The notes below the pieces were generated by a model that was given only the letters and a program-made list of their open reading frames with translations, was not told the DNA's origin and made no database searches. The translations under genes and the position numbers were made by a program. Positions 62,866-64,000 of a stretch of 64,000 nucleotides of DNA are shown here, one piece after another. The stretch spans positions 192,001 to 256,000 of the forward strand of contig CAWEPK010000012.1 of assembly GCA_963810935.1 (NCBI GenBank), in the 5' to 3' direction. Source of the stretch: an uncultured delta proteobacterium. GTDB taxonomy: Bacteria; Desulfobacterota; Syntrophorhabdia; Syntrophorhabdales; WCHB1-27. Numbering within the stretch: the stretch's first letter is position 1; every line of letters starts with the position of its first letter.

Positions 62866-64000
62866 TCAATAAGAAACGCTATTCGGGATTCCACAAATAT
62901 CCCGGATAACACCGACGTTGGACTTATAATCGTCAATACTGCATCTCAGATAGCCCGCCGCGCTCTCCGCAGTCACTAACTTAGCGTCCGCAGCCTCGGC
63001 TACAAGACATGCGAACTTCCCCCTCCTGGAATTCGGAACTGACCTAGGCTCGAAAAAGCCGGTTGCATAATCTTCCGCGGCGGTCCACTCATCGGTTGGC
63101 TTGTGATCCTCTACGACTAAAGCACTTAACGGGATCTCACGGTTAGACGCATTCCTAACGTGATACTTAGCGCTCGTGTAACTGAGACCGAAGGTGTCCA
63201 TTACTAATCTCAAACCACTAGAGTAATTTTCCGCCGTCTTGAAAAGTCTTTCCACTGCTCTTTGCGGAGCAAGAAATTCTACCGCAAATGCATTCGCCCT
63301 TTGTTCGATATAGTTTTTTACAGCACGAGGGTCTTTTTGAAGATCGGAGTATTGATCCACTTGAAGCTTCTCCAATCTTTCATTGGAATCATAAAGAAGA
63401 TGCCCCAGTTCATGGGCCAATGTCATTCTACGCACCCACACGTTCCTGTTGTCCCCTTTTGTGTTGACGGCGATGCCCCTTACCGGACCGTTAGCAATGG
63501 TGGCTCCAGCCACGCTGTCCTGAAACTCTGTCTGAATCAAAGGTATTTCAAGTGTGTCTTCGATTAATTTTCGCATGCATTGTATGGGTGTATCTGGGGC
63601 AATCCGAAGAATTCGTCTCGCTTCTCCAGCCAGCCAATAACCATGCTTCCATGCTGGGTAATCAGGACCGCTGCCGTAGTTATCTGTGGGGGTGAATCCA
63701 ATTTCAGTAACAGAAGCTGACAGTCGAGAATTTACCCACGAAAAAAGATCGTATTGTTTTCTAGCGACCCATGCGGCCTCGCACAATTGAGACACTAATG
63801 CAGAACTGAACTGAGTTGTTCCCATATCTTTCAGTCTTGCAGTGTAGCCTTGGATCTCCATTTGCTCCCGGGACAAAAGACACTGCACGCTCGTCCAGCG
63901 CTAAGGTCTGAGCTATTTTCTCAATAATATGAATCGACGTTAAAGTCTTAGGATTCTCAGCATCTTCTACTTCTTTTTCGCTAAGGCCTGCGGCAGAGGC
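62866..64000 (-). CDS. XRE-HTH + ImmA/IrrE metallopeptidase, 5' truncated by window, frameshift near 63845
   Basis: RRMTLAHELGH, EQRANAFAVEFLAP; upstream frame ASAAGLSEKEVEDAE..IEKIAQTLALD is XRE-like; lower GC. Confidence 0.82.

Overview
GC-rich chromosomal region of an anaerobic diderm bacterium. Gene content suggests Desulfobacterota/Syntrophorhabdaceae-like, but this is inference only. It holds housekeeping genes (truA, gyrA, gpsA, mnmA, ctpA), cheX/cheY with several receivers and hybrid kinases, and accessory metabolism: MFS+UbiD decarboxylase, a B12-radical SAM/UbiA pair, a complete oxalate oxidoreductase (OOR) operon with OxlT, FadR-type regulator and Cdc48-like ATPase, and two sigma54-driven corrinoid/UroD-family methyltransferase modules with an AcsE-like gene. 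Structure the ORF track misses: (i) two probable selenoproteins (rhodanese C-x-U; OsmC-like), each with an in-frame TGA and SECIS-like hairpin; (ii) eight copies of a two-hairpin REP-like element with compensatory changes, two flanked by 25-32 bp duplications of the host gene 3' end; (iii) a second family of long palindromes; (iv) a 5x13-bp tandem array overlapping the promoter of an AT-rich PrrC/RloC-like ATPase; (v) gene relics (isochorismatase, BrnT, kinase, possible tape-measure N-terminus). About a dozen genes, including essential gyrA, carry frameshifts, probably long-read indel errors. No rRNA, tRNA or CRISPR array was found. Family assignments come from motif recognition and recalled sequences; no database search was run.
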